A stretch of 64,000 bases of DNA from an uncultured Gemmatimonadales bacterium. Its GTDB lineage: Bacteria > Gemmatimonadota > Gemmatimonadetes > Gemmatimonadales > GWC2-71-9. The DNA lies in NCBI GenBank assembly GCA_963825055.1, contig CAWGSK010000009.1:128001-192000 (forward strand). Reading direction: 5' to 3'. How positions within the stretch are numbered: the stretch's first letter is position 1; each line of letters starts with the position of its first letter. The notes below the pieces were generated by a model. It saw only the letters and a list, made by a program, of their open reading frames with translations, was not told where the DNA came from and did not search any database. Made by a program: the position numbers and the translations under genes. This document shows, one piece after another, positions 10,846 through 21,135 of the stretch.

Positions 10846-12954
10846 ATGGAAGTGACGATATGTCATTATTTTAGACGGAGCAACAACTTGTCTCAGCCGG
10901 TTGCAAGCCAGAGGGCCCTGCTCTCCCGTGAGGCTGCGGATTTCCTCCTCGCGCTGGGCGGGACGCTCCATCGATGGACCATGTATCCCGATGGCCACCC
11001 GGCGCGCATCAGCGCTGTCGACGATCTCCACGAGCGGGTGACTCTCCTCCTCCTCGAGCAGCCCGCGATTACCCTCGGTGTCACGCCCACCCAGCTCCTG
11101 GTGGACGGTCAGCCCACGGACGTGGGCAACAGCTTCCTCCGCGACTTCGCGGCACGACTCCATCGCCGCGAGATCGCCGGACTCCGGCTCGACCGCGGTA
11201 TCACTCCCGAAGAACTGAACACGGTCCTGACCCGGCTGTCGGAGGGCGAGCGGGCGGAGGGCGAATGGGCCCATGCCGCGATACATGGGATCCACTACGA
11301 GCACCTCCGCCTCATGGATGACGCCGACACCGGCGGGGCGCTACCGGGCTGGGACGCGCAGGTCTGGCAGGGGCTGGCACGGGCCGCCACCGGCGACGTC
11401 CCGGGCAGGGAGGCCCCCCCCGAGCCGGAAGAGCTGGCCCGGGCCTTCAACGACGGCGACGCCGACCCTGACCGGGACCGCGCGCTCATGAGCAGCGTCG
11501 AGGCGGCGATCGACACCTGCACCCGGACCGGTGACAGCGAAACCCTCGCGCTCCAGCGCCGGGTATCCCGCATGATCCTGGCCCTCGCGCCCGAAACGCT
11601 CGACCGGCTGCTCTCCATGGACAAGCCGGACGGGAGCCGGCACCGGCGGATCCTGCTCAAGGCCTCCCAGGTCATGGCACTGGAGAGTGTGGTGGATCTG
11701 GCCCAGGCGGCGGCACGGGCGCGCGGCCGGAGCATGTCACCCGCCCTGCTTCAGCTCCTGCACAAGATGGCCGTCCACGGTGACAGCGGCAGCGGGGAGT
11801 GTCACGCCATCGCCAGGTCAGCCCTGCGCGACCAGCTCCGGGAACTGCTGGATGAATGGGACGCCGGCGATGGGTCGGCGCTGCCGGAACTCTACCAGGA
11901 GACGCTCGGGAAGATCGAGACGGGAGATGACCGCGAGCCGGACAGCGCGTACGCATGTGAGCCGCTCCGCATCCTCCGCCTCAGTCTCGCCATGGACTGC
12001 GTCGAGCCTGCCACCGTCCGCGCCATCGCCGGGACGATCCGCCAGGGACAGGCCGGCGACCTCCTGGACCTCCTTGACGCATCGCCGGAAATCGGGGAGG
12101 CGTCACTGGAGATCGAACGGCAGGTCATGAGCATGGAGACCCTCGGCATACTGCTGAGACACGATCCCCCCGACTGGGAAACCATTACCCGGCTGGTCCC
12201 CCGGATAGGCGCGCGCGCCATCGAGCCCCTGCTGGACGGGCTTGCGGTCGCCAGCGAGCGCGCCGACCGCCGCCGCCTGCTCGACCTGCTCGCCGGGTTC
12301 GGTGACGAGGTGGGGCCTTTCATCGCTCCCCGGTTTGCCGGCGCCGAGTGGTACGTGCAGCGGAACCTGCTCACGTTGCTCAACATGCTTCCAGACATTC
12401 CCGAGACGGTGCGCCTCCGGATCCAGCTTCCTGAGGTGCACCCCCGTGTACGCCAGGAGGCGTTCAAGCTGCTCCTGCGAAACCCCGGCCACCGGGACCG
12501 CGCCATCGCGGGCGCCATCGTTTCCGACGACGTGCAGACATGCCACCTCGGCCTGCTTGCGGCCGCGGAGGGATGTTCCCCTGCCGTCCTGCACCTCATC
12601 CTCGGCCGCCTCCGTTCCGGCGCCTTCGACCCCGATCTCCGGGTGGTCGCCATCCGGGCCGTGAGTGCACGGCCCGAACCGGCGGTCTGCGATTGCCTCC
12701 TCGACCTTGCCACCTCGCGGACCCGGATCCTTCGGCGACTCCGGCTGCGGTCCCGCACGCCCGAATGCGTCGCCGCCCTGTCAGCGCTCGCTGAACACTG
12801 GTACTGGCATCCAGCCGCCTCACCCGCCCTCGCGCTCGCCGGGAAGACCCGTGATCCGTCCGTCCGCCAGGCGATCGAGCGACCGAGCATCGAGACGCAG
12901 CTCGGCATCAATCCCGCGGACCGCGTCCTGTTGCCCGGCATGGAGGGACCATGA
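10846..12954 (+). CDS. Large helical protein with HEAT-like C-terminal repeats (start may be TTG at 10888)
   Basis: 702 aa; N-terminal MYPDGHPA domain; WYVQRNLLTLL, HPRVRQEAFKLL and LRVVAIRAV helical repeats; ATGA overlap with the next gene. Confidence 0.75.
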   Translation: MEVTICHYFRRSNNLSQPVASQRALLSREAADFLLALGGTLHRWTMYPDGHPARISAVDDLHERVTLLLLEQPAITLGVTPTQLLVDGQPTDVGNSFLRDFAARLHRREIAGLRLDRGITPEELNTVLTRLSEGERAEGEWAHAAIHGIHYEHLRLMDDADTGGALPGWDAQVWQGLARAATGDVPGREAPPEPEELARAFNDGDADPDRDRALMSSVEAAIDTCTRTGDSETLALQRRVSRMILALAPETLDRLLSMDKPDGSRHRRILLKASQVMALESVVDLAQAAARARGRSMSPALLQLLHKMAVHGDSGSGECHAIARSALRDQLRELLDEWDAGDGSALPELYQETLGKIETGDDREPDSAYACEPLRILRLSLAMDCVEPATVRAIAGTIRQGQAGDLLDLLDASPEIGEASLEIERQVMSMETLGILLRHDPPDWETITRLVPRIGARAIEPLLDGLAVASERADRRRLLDLLAGFGDEVGPFIAPRFAGAEWYVQRNLLTLLNMLPDIPETVRLRIQLPEVHPRVRQEAFKLLLRNPGHRDRAIAGAIVSDDVQTCHLGLLAAAEGCSPAVLHLILGRLRSGAFDPDLRVVAIRAVSARPEPAVCDCLLDLATSRTRILRRLRLRSRTPECVAALSALAEHWYWHPAASPALALAGKTRDPSVRQAIERPSIETQLGINPADRVLLPGMEGP

Positions 12955-14168
12955 ACACGGCCCCGGTCGGCACCCCGGCCCGCTTCCTTCACTCGTTCGC
13001 CCAGGCGCTCTCCGCCATGCTCCTGTACACGCCGGGACATCCGGCACGGGAGCATGTGGTGGATGCCGCGTTCGAGTCTCTGGCGACGCTGCAGCGCAGC
13101 CTGCCCACCGTCCGGATCTCCTTCCTCGAAGGCGACGTCATCATGGACGAGGCCGTGCTCCACGGGTTCCACAACTGGATCTGGGGGCGTCGGCTCACCC
13201 GGATAGGGATCCAGCGGATCGAGCTCTCGGTTGCCGCTCAGCGCGAAGGCTTCGGCGCCTTCCTGGATACCCTGCTCGCACGCCTGACTGCCCACGAGCC
13301 GATCGAAGCCACCCTCTCCTGGCCAGGTATCGCCTGCGGGGCGGTTCGCCTGCGGAATGAAGACGTCACGGTGACCCGGCGCCAGTCAGGTACCGTCTCC
13401 CTGCCCTACCGCCTTGGCGACGAGGCGGAAACCGTCCAGTGGATCATTGCCGAGGCCGCCGCCGGACGGGCCCTCCCTCGGCCGGAGGTCGAGGGTGTGG
13501 TGCGGTCCCTGACCGTCGCCATGCACGCCGAGGGGCAGCTGATGGCACCGCTGCTCCAGTTGCAGCGGATGGACCAGTACGTCGTCATGCACGCGGTGAA
13601 TGTTTCCGTCCTCGCCATGACGCTGGCTGAAACCCTGGGCCTGAGTGGTGCGGATATCCGCGCCTTCGGGCGTGCAGGCCTCCTCCACGACATCGGCATG
13701 ACCCAGGTGCCGCCGGAGCTCCTCACGGCGGGGGCGCTGACCCGGGAGGAGCGGCAGCGGATCGAGCGCCATCCCGAAGATGGAGCCCGGATGCTGATGC
13801 GGGGCGGGGAAGACTTCGACCTCGTCGCGGCCGCCGCCTACGAGCACCATGTGCGGCCGGACGGCTCCGGCTACCCCGTGCTTCGGCCGGGCCATGAAGC
13901 ACACTACGTGAGCCGGGTCGTGGCCGTGTGCGACGCCTACGACGCGCTCCGCTCCCCGCGCAGCTATCGGCCGGCGTGGTCACCGGAACAGGCGGTGCAG
14001 CACATCGAGGATGGCGCCGGCGGGGTGTTCGATCGTGGTGTCGCGAAGAGCTTCTCGGCCATGATCCGGCGACTGGAGGACCGGATTGTCCTTGTCAGGC
14101 CGGATCCCGACCCGGGCGGGGAAGCGGTGGCCGACCCGGAATCGCACGCGGCGACCGGGACTGCCTGA
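12951..14168 (+). CDS. HD-GYP domain cyclic-dinucleotide phosphodiesterase
   Basis: HAVNV, LLHDIG, HPEDGA, YEHHVRPDGSGYP, VCDAYDALRSPRSYR. Confidence 0.9.
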   Translation: MNTAPVGTPARFLHSFAQALSAMLLYTPGHPAREHVVDAAFESLATLQRSLPTVRISFLEGDVIMDEAVLHGFHNWIWGRRLTRIGIQRIELSVAAQREGFGAFLDTLLARLTAHEPIEATLSWPGIACGAVRLRNEDVTVTRRQSGTVSLPYRLGDEAETVQWIIAEAAAGRALPRPEVEGVVRSLTVAMHAEGQLMAPLLQLQRMDQYVVMHAVNVSVLAMTLAETLGLSGADIRAFGRAGLLHDIGMTQVPPELLTAGALTREERQRIERHPEDGARMLMRGGEDFDLVAAAAYEHHVRPDGSGYPVLRPGHEAHYVSRVVAVCDAYDALRSPRSYRPAWSPEQAVQHIEDGAGGVFDRGVAKSFSAMIRRLEDRIVLVRPDPDPGGEAVADPESHAATGTA

Positions 14169-14195
14169 GCGGGAATTTCCGGAGCGGGCCTGGTG

Positions 14196-14858
14196 TCAGG
14201 AACGCTGCTCGGCCGGGCGGCCGAGCAGGGGAACGGCTGGACGCTCCAGGAGTGGCAGCTCGCGTACCTGCGCCTCGAGGTGCTCATGCGCCAGCGCCGC
14301 CTGCGCCCGCTGCGAGACACCGGCCGCCGTCGCCATCGGAAGGGTGAACTCCCGTACATAGTGGTCGATGGCCTGCTCCACCGGCCAGCTCCCTCCCAGC
14401 AGCCGCGCAAAGTGGAGCGCGTTGTGGACGTGGGTGTCGGTGACCGCCTGCGACGCCCGCGCCCCGACGAGCCGGGCCAGTTGCATGGTGCGATCGTGAT
14501 AGTCCCGGCGGTACCGCGCCGTCCGGAGCACCAGGTCGAGCCGCAGCAGCTTCCACCCCGTCACCTCAGGCAGCGCTGTGGTCGGGGGAAGGCTGTCCAG
14601 GTCGAGATGAACCAGCGCTCGTGTCCGTATGGACTCGCGCATCGCCTCGGGAACGGCCACCGCCCGGAAGTAGAGATCCAGCGCGTCCAGTACCGGGACA
14701 CGTGCGGCGAATTCCTCCACGAAATCCACGAGCTGGAGGCTGTGCGTCTCCACCAGCGCCTCCCATGCGCCGGCATAGGCAACGCGAAGGCGCGGCTGCA
14801 GGGCGGGTGGAATCCGCCGCAGGGACATCTGGCTGGGTACGGGCATCATGGGAAACAC
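14196..14858 (-). CDS. Hypothetical protein with internal ~60-aa duplication
   Basis: 220 aa; two aligned helical repeats (see findings). Confidence 0.7.
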   Translation of the reverse strand: MFPMMPVPSQMSLRRIPPALQPRLRVAYAGAWEALVETHSLQLVDFVEEFAARVPVLDALDLYFRAVAVPEAMRESIRTRALVHLDLDSLPPTTALPEVTGWKLLRLDLVLRTARYRRDYHDRTMQLARLVGARASQAVTDTHVHNALHFARLLGGSWPVEQAIDHYVREFTLPMATAAGVSQRAQAALAHEHLEAQVRELPLLERPAVPLLGRPAEQRS

Positions 14859-15121
14859 CGGGTATCATCCGGGCTGGGGGTGCCCGGCACACCAATATGC
14901 GGCCCCAACCGCCGCAAGGCTATTCACAAGTATTGAACACGTCCCCTCGGAGGTGGGAGATTCGCGGACAGGCGCTTTCATGCTATTCGACGGAAGTGGT
15001 TGCTGCATCAAATCTTGAATCCCGGCCTGCCGGCGTTCGACCTGCCGGGCGGCCGTACGGTTCTTCGACACCCCCTCCCCCTGTCCACCAGCTCCGTTCG
15101 CCCCCCATTATTCTCTTATCC

Positions 15122-16573
15122 ATGCAGGGTGAACCCGCGATACTCGTCCATCTGTCCGAGCTCTGGCCCTATATCGCGGGCACGCTCACCCTCCTGCTGT
15201 CCATCATCACCTCGAGTCATATCGTCCTGACGAAGAGTGACAGCCGCTCCGCGGTGGGCTGGGTCGGCCTGGTGTGGCTGGCGCCGGTCATTGGTGCAAT
15301 CCTCTACGTAATGTTCGGGATCAACCGGATCCGCCGCAGGGGCCACGAGCGTACGGCCCAGCGGCTGGTGGCACCCACCGCCATCACCCGCCCGCAGGAA
15401 TTCCGGCTCCCCGCCGAGCGCGCCCACCTCCTTCCCCTGACGCACCTCGTGGATCGCGTGTCGGGCCGCGCGCTCACCAGCGGCAATGCCATCCGGCCAC
15501 TGGAGGGCGGGGACATTGCCTATCCGGACATGGTCGCCGCCATTGACGAGGCCGAACACACCGTGGGGCTGGCGACCTACATCTTCGACAGCCGGACCGC
15601 CGGGACGATGTTCCTGGATGCCCTCGAGCGCGCGGTCGCCCGCGGGGTGGAGGTGCGCGTCCTGGTGGACGCGGTGGGGGCCCGCTACAGCTGGCCGCCA
15701 ATCATCCGCGCGTTGCGTCGCCGGAAGATCCCCGTGGCCCGATTCGAGCGCACGTTCCTCCCCTGGCGGATGCCATACATGAACCTCCGCAACCATCGCA
15801 AGATCCTGGTGGTGGACGGCCGGATCGGGTTTGCGGGCGGGATGAACATCCGCGAAGGGAGCCTCTTTTCGACGCACCCGCGCAAGCCAGTGCGCGACCT
15901 CCACTTCAGGGTCGAAGGGCCGGTAGTGGCGCAACTGGTCGCAACATTCCTCGACGACTGGGAGTTTACCACCCGCGAGACACTGGAGGGACCGGGGTGG
16001 TATCCGCGCCTGGAAAAAGTCGGCGAGGTGATCGCCCGCGGCATCTCCGATGGCCCGGATCTCAACTTCGACAAGGCGCGCTACTGCCTGCTCGGGGCGC
16101 TGGCTTGCGCCCAGTCGAGCGTCCGGATCGTCACACCGTACTTCGTGCCGGACGCCCGCCTGATCACGGCAATGAACGTGACCGCGATGCGCGGCGTCCA
16201 GGTCGAGATCATCCTGCCCGAAAAGAGCAACCTGGTGCTCGTCCAGTGGGCCAGCACCGCCCAGTTGTGGCAGCTGCTGCGGCGGGGCTGCCGGGTCCTC
16301 TATTCGCCAGCCCCGTTCGACCACACCAAGCTGATGCTCGTGGACGGAGCATGGGCGTTCATCGGCTCAACCAACTGGGACGCCAGGAGCCTCCGGCTGA
16401 ACTATGAGTTCGACATCGAGTGCTACGGCGAGGAGCTCCTGGCCGATCTCACCAGGCTGGTGGACGAGCGGCGCGACGCTGCCCGCGAAGTCACCCTCGC
16501 CGATGTCGACGGCCGGAGCCTGCCGGTCAAGCTGCGCGACGGAGTCGCGCGCCTCGCGGCCCCCTACCTCTGA
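15122..16573 (+). CDS. cls: Cardiolipin synthase (PLD superfamily)
   Basis: Two N-terminal TM helices and two HKD motifs, NHRKILVVDG and DHTKLMLVDG. Start approximate. Confidence 0.92.
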   Translation: MQGEPAILVHLSELWPYIAGTLTLLLSIITSSHIVLTKSDSRSAVGWVGLVWLAPVIGAILYVMFGINRIRRRGHERTAQRLVAPTAITRPQEFRLPAERAHLLPLTHLVDRVSGRALTSGNAIRPLEGGDIAYPDMVAAIDEAEHTVGLATYIFDSRTAGTMFLDALERAVARGVEVRVLVDAVGARYSWPPIIRALRRRKIPVARFERTFLPWRMPYMNLRNHRKILVVDGRIGFAGGMNIREGSLFSTHPRKPVRDLHFRVEGPVVAQLVATFLDDWEFTTRETLEGPGWYPRLEKVGEVIARGISDGPDLNFDKARYCLLGALACAQSSVRIVTPYFVPDARLITAMNVTAMRGVQVEIILPEKSNLVLVQWASTAQLWQLLRRGCRVLYSPAPFDHTKLMLVDGAWAFIGSTNWDARSLRLNYEFDIECYGEELLADLTRLVDERRDAAREVTLADVDGRSLPVKLRDGVARLAAPYL

Positions 16574-16579
16574 CGCCCT

Positions 16580-16969
16580 TCAGTCCCCGACGATTTCCGC
16601 AAGGATCTTCTGGGCGAAGTCCTTGTCCCACTCGGCGGCGTTCTTCCGGGCGGTCACTTCGACCTTGGTGGTGGAGGGGCTTTTCCGCTCGAGCTTGACC
16701 GCCACGTCCAGGTCACCCGTCTTCCCGTCGAATTGCCGTATGTCCCCGCCCCGCTCCTCGGTCGTCTTTGTCGTCGTGATGTCGAAATGGTCGAACGCGT
16801 CCCGCGTACGGCCCGCCGCGTCCTCCACACTGGCATTGACGAGGGACTCCGCGCCGCGGGTAGTCAGGTAGACCCCCGTCGCCGCCCCGGCGCCGGCGGC
16901 CGCGGCCACACAACCGCCGGACACCAGTGCTGCGGCGAGGAGCAGGAGCCTCGACGTCAGGCGCTTCAT
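16580..16969 (-). CDS. DUF3568 family lipoprotein
   Basis: MKRLTSRLLLLAAALVSGGC lipobox followed by VAAAAGAGAATGVY; strong RBS GGAGGGAGG. Confidence 0.75.
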   Translation of the reverse strand: MKRLTSRLLLLAAALVSGGCVAAAAGAGAATGVYLTTRGAESLVNASVEDAAGRTRDAFDHFDITTTKTTEERGGDIRQFDGKTGDLDVAVKLERKSPSTTKVEVTARKNAAEWDKDFAQKILAEIVGD

Positions 16970-17246
16970 CGTTACACCTCCCTCAACAAGTGAATTCCCA
17001 AGCTCCCCGGGATGCGCCCGGAGCGCCGTAGGCCAGGTCACGGCGGGACGTACAAGGACAGTCCGGGCGGCCGGCCGTCTTGTCCCCCCTGAACGCCCCC
17101 CGACCGCCCTGCCATGGCACTTTGCAAGGCACCATCCTGCACCCCATTACCCAAGTGGCTGTGTGACAACAACTTATGAATGGCCCGCCTGTTGCTATGC
17201 AATAGGGGGAATCCACCTGTACCTCCTGAAAGAGCCGGGGCCGTTC

Positions 17247-18899
17247 ATGTATCGCATCAAGCTCACTTCGGGCGAAGAGACGGTTTACAACTCGATCGAC
17301 GCGCTTGCGGTCGCAGTCCGCAGCGGTGAAGTCACCCCGGATGCGCTGATCTACCACCGGCGCGCCGATCGATGGCTGGCCATCAGCACGCACCCGCACT
17401 ACCAGACCATCCAGGCGCGCTCGAGCACGCCGCCAGCTCCCGCCGCTACCGTGTCCCCGGCCCCGGCTCAACCGGCCCCGTCACCGGCGACACCGCTGGT
17501 GCCTGCGCGTCCTTCGCAGGAGGCCGAGAACGAGCAGGCCGTGGAGAATCGGGATGCGATGATCCAGGCCAAGGTCCGGCGGCTCCGTGAGATGCAGCGC
17601 CCCATCGCTGAGCCGCGGAGCCCGGTGAGTCGTGCAGTCGTGGAACCGCCCGCACCTGAGCCGGCGGCGTCCCCCGAGCCGCTCCCGCCGATGATGTCGG
17701 ACGCGCCGGCTGAGCCCGCTGCCCCCGTCGAAACACCACCTGCCGAAGAATATGGGGCGGCTGCGGAGGCCGCTGCCGAGAGCATTCCACCGGCAGAAGC
17801 CGGCCCCGAGGAGGCCCTCGCCGGCCTCCCGGTACTGGAGGTCGAGGACACCCACGAGCCGGTGCCAAGCCCCGATCTCGTCATGCCGCCGGCGGAGGAG
17901 CCCGCGGCGGAAACCGATTTCGATTACGCACCCCCCTCCCCGGCGCCGCGACGCCGCGTGCCGGTGGCGCTCGCAGTGGCAGCCATCGTTACCCTCGCCG
18001 TCACCGTGGGAGCAGTGGCCTGGCATCCGTGGTCACGAGGGGAGGGAGGCGATTCCGTGCAGACGCTCGCCAGCACGTCACCCTCCCCGACCGGACTGCC
18101 CTCCGGTGCGACCAGCGCGCCGGTGCGGCCCCTGGAAGACACGGCACGCGCCTCGAGCATCGTCGCTCCCGAGATTCCTGCCGCTCCTGAGCAGGCACCA
18201 GCTCGTGGGCCGGACAGCATACCCACGGCGCGCGCCCCGAGCCCTCCTGCGCTCCAGATGGACCTGAACGCGGCCTCCGCCGCGCTTGAGCCCGGGGTGG
18301 GTTCGGGAACGCAGATCAGCATCTCGCCCGTCGTGCTCGCCAGCCACTATGCGTCGGCCTATGAGCAGGCCCAGTCCGAGATGGACGCGCGGCTCTCCCA
18401 GATTGGCTTCAGCGATCTGTTCGACGCCACCAGGCTCAGCTCGACCGGGAAGCTCCAGTCGGCACGCCGCACGCTCGCACTCGCGGGCGCCACCATCCGG
18501 CAGTACCGCGAGCGGGAAAACCGGATCGAGCAGGCGTACAGCGACACGCTGAACCAGGTCGGCAAGCGCCTCGGGCTGTCGGAACAGGAATTTCGCGGCT
18601 GGGACAAGCGGAAGATCCTCAAGGAATCCGCCGAATCGGCTCGCATGGTCGACGACCTCCTGGCCCAGATCGACAACGTGTACGGCCTGATCTCCGGCGA
18701 GGAAGGCCGCTACGAGGTGAAGGGATCGAGCATCGTCTTCAGCAGCCCCGAGACCGCGCGCCGGTACGGCACCCTGCGGACCGCCATTACCCCGCGGGTG
18801 AACAGCTGGTCGAACACACCACCCGCCGACCTCCCGGCGAGCCTCCGTCCGGTCGTGCGCGCCATCGGCAACACGCGGCTGCCGCTGGAGACGACGTAG
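17247..18899 (+). CDS. Hypothetical membrane protein: GYF_2-like N-terminus, Pro-rich linker, one TM, C-terminal helical domain
   Basis: MYRIKLTSGEE...VRSGEVTPDALIYHRRADRW; P/A/E-rich tract; TM VPVALAVAAIVTLAVTVGAVAW. Confidence 0.65.
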   Translation: MYRIKLTSGEETVYNSIDALAVAVRSGEVTPDALIYHRRADRWLAISTHPHYQTIQARSSTPPAPAATVSPAPAQPAPSPATPLVPARPSQEAENEQAVENRDAMIQAKVRRLREMQRPIAEPRSPVSRAVVEPPAPEPAASPEPLPPMMSDAPAEPAAPVETPPAEEYGAAAEAAAESIPPAEAGPEEALAGLPVLEVEDTHEPVPSPDLVMPPAEEPAAETDFDYAPPSPAPRRRVPVALAVAAIVTLAVTVGAVAWHPWSRGEGGDSVQTLASTSPSPTGLPSGATSAPVRPLEDTARASSIVAPEIPAAPEQAPARGPDSIPTARAPSPPALQMDLNAASAALEPGVGSGTQISISPVVLASHYASAYEQAQSEMDARLSQIGFSDLFDATRLSSTGKLQSARRTLALAGATIRQYRERENRIEQAYSDTLNQVGKRLGLSEQEFRGWDKRKILKESAESARMVDDLLAQIDNVYGLISGEEGRYEVKGSSIVFSSPETARRYGTLRTAITPRVNSWSNTPPADLPASLRPVVRAIGNTRLPLETT

Positions 18900-19094
18900 G
18901 GTCGGGGGTCGGGAATCCGTGTATCCGTTAGAGGGCAGAAGGTAGGGCAACTCACGAAAGTCCGGCGGCCGGCCCGATGCTCACGTCCGCCGTTTCTTCG
19001 TCCGCCCTCTTCACGTCCGCCCTCTTCTCTTTTCGCCCGCCCCGCCTTCTCACCCCTTCCCCTTACGACGCAACTTCTCACGTCTCACTATCAC

Positions 19095-20111
19095 ATGGCC
19101 ATGACCGAAGCCGAGCTCGACGACGAACTCAGCCGCCCGACATCCTCTGACATTGAAGCGGCCCGCGCGTTGGATGGCGACCTGCTGATTGTCGGCGCGT
19201 CCGGCAAGATGGGCCCCAGCCTGGTCCGGCTGGCCTGTCGGGCAAGAGCGGCCGCGGGAACCCGGGCCGGGTACTGGCCGCGGCGCGCTTCGCGGATCCC
19301 GCCTCCAGGAACGCCGTCGCCGAGGCCGGTGCGGAGACCATCGCGGTGGACCTGCTCGAACCGGGAGCGGTGGAGCGGCTTCCGGACGTGCCGAACGTGG
19401 TCTATATGGTGGGACAGAAGTTCGGGACCGAGGGCGACCAGGGCGCGACCTGGGCGATCAACGCGATGGTCGCGGCCGACACGTTCCGTCGCTATCGCCA
19501 CTCCAGGCTGGTCGTATTCTCCACCGGGAACATCTATCCGCTGAGCCGCGTCGACTCGCCCGGCCCGGTCGAGGATGACCCCTCGGTCCGGTCGGCGAGT
19601 ACGCGCAATCCGCCCTGGCGCGGGAACGGCTCGCCGCGTTTGCCTCACGCCGGTGGGGCACCCGGATGGCCATTCTCCGGATCAACTATGCCGTCGAGCC
19701 CCGCTACGGCGTCCTCCATGACATCGCCAGGCGGGTCCATGCCGGCGCACCCGTCGACCTCCGGATGGGATATGTGAACCTCATCTGGCAGCGGGACGCG
19801 AACGCCATCGCCCTCCGCACGCTCCCGGACTGCGCAAGTCCGCCCTTCGTGCTGAACGTGACGGGGCCTGAAGCATTCGCGGTGCGCGACATTGCGGACC
19901 GGTTCGCCCGGCGGTTCGGCACGGAACCGCAATTTGCCGGGGAGGAAGCCCGGACCGCGCTGCTCTCGAACGCCGCCCTCGCCACGGCGCGCTACGGCCC
20001 TCCGTCACTCGACCTGGACACGATGGTGGAGCTGGTGGCTGGGTGGGTTGAGGCGGCGGACGCAGTCTGGGCAAGCCCACGCACTTCGAGGAACGGGAAG
20101 GGCGCTTCTAG
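19095..20111 (+). CDS. NAD-dependent epimerase/dehydratase (frameshifted in this sequence)
   Basis: Consecutive fragments in different frames: IVGASGKMGPSL; VYMVGQKFG...FSTGNIYP; GEYAQS...LRINYAVEPRYGVL; ends KPTHFEEREGRF*. Confidence 0.8.
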
Positions 20112-21135
20112 TGCGCCGGGCAACGCTCACCCGCCTGCTGCGCAGAGGGATGGTCATCCCGGCCCATCCGCTGGCGCTCACTTCGCGGAGACGGCTGGAC
20201 GAACGACGGCAGACGGCCCTGTCACGCTACTACCTGGCGGCAGGCGCAGGCGGCCTGGCGGTCGGTGTTCACACCACCCAGTTCGGCATCCGGAAGCCTG
20301 GCGCGGGGTGCTGCAGCCCGTACTCGAACTGGCCGCGCTCGCGGCAAGGGAACGGTCCGCGAGAGCGAAGACCACAGTACTCGTGGCGGGCATCTGCGGC
20401 AGGACCCCGCAGGCGATCCGCGAGGCTCGGCTCGCGCGCGACCTGCACTACCACGCCGGCCTGGTCAGCCTGGGCGCGCTGTCGGAGGCGTCCATTCGAC
20501 AACTCATCGACCACATGCGGGCCGTGGGGGAGATCATTCCGGTATTCGGGTTCTATCTGCAGCCCGCCGTCGGAGGCCGACCGCTGCCGGAGGCGTTCTG
20601 GCAGCGCCTGCTGGATCTCGAAAATCTCGTGGCCATCAAGGTGGCGCCGTTCGACCGATACCGTACACTGGTCGTACGGCGGGCCCTCCTGGATTCCGGT
20701 CGGCGGGACGTCGCTCTCTACACCGGCAACGACGACCACATCATTCACGACCTCCTCGCACCCGGGCCCTCCCCGATGACCGGCGGCCTCCTGGGCCAGT
20801 GGGCGGTCTGGACCCGGGAGGCGGTCCGCGTCCTCGCCCGGTGCCGCCGGGTCCGCTCGACCGGCAGGGCTCCGGCATCGCTGCTTGGATACGCCGATGA
20901 CCTCACGCGGGCCAACGGTGCCATCTTCGACGCCGCCAACGGGTTCGCCGGGGTCATCCCCGGAATTCACGAGGTCCTCCGCCGGATGGGACTTCTCAAG
21001 GGCAGATGGTGCCTCGATCGCGATGAACAGCTCTCGCCAGGGCAGCTGGAGGCCATCGACCGGATCTGGAAGGAACTACCGCCCCTCCGGGATGACGCCT
21101 TCGTCCAGGAGCACCTGGACGCCTGGCTTTCCTGA
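20111..21135 (+). CDS. Dihydrodipicolinate synthase-family (class I aldolase) protein (one frameshift near 20300)
   Basis: VIPAHPLAL, GLAVGVHTTQF, then FGFYLQPAVGG, VAIKVAPF, LYTGNDD, GGLLGQWAVWT. Confidence 0.85.

Noticed and set aside
14990..15090. tRNA/tRNA-Sec-like look (GGAAG...TCAAATC...GTTCGAC)
   Set aside because: The TTCGACC loop caps a simple long hairpin; I could not build D, anticodon or acceptor arms or find a CCA end.
17110..17145. Sigma54 promoter at TGGCAC/GGCACC...TGC
   Set aside because: GG-to-GC spacing is wrong on the + strand and the minus-strand match lacks the GGCA box.
19666..21135. Apparent epimerase-aldolase fusion (489-aa ORF)
   Set aside because: Produced by indels; the epimerase has its own stop at 20109-20111 and the aldolase N-terminus is in another frame.
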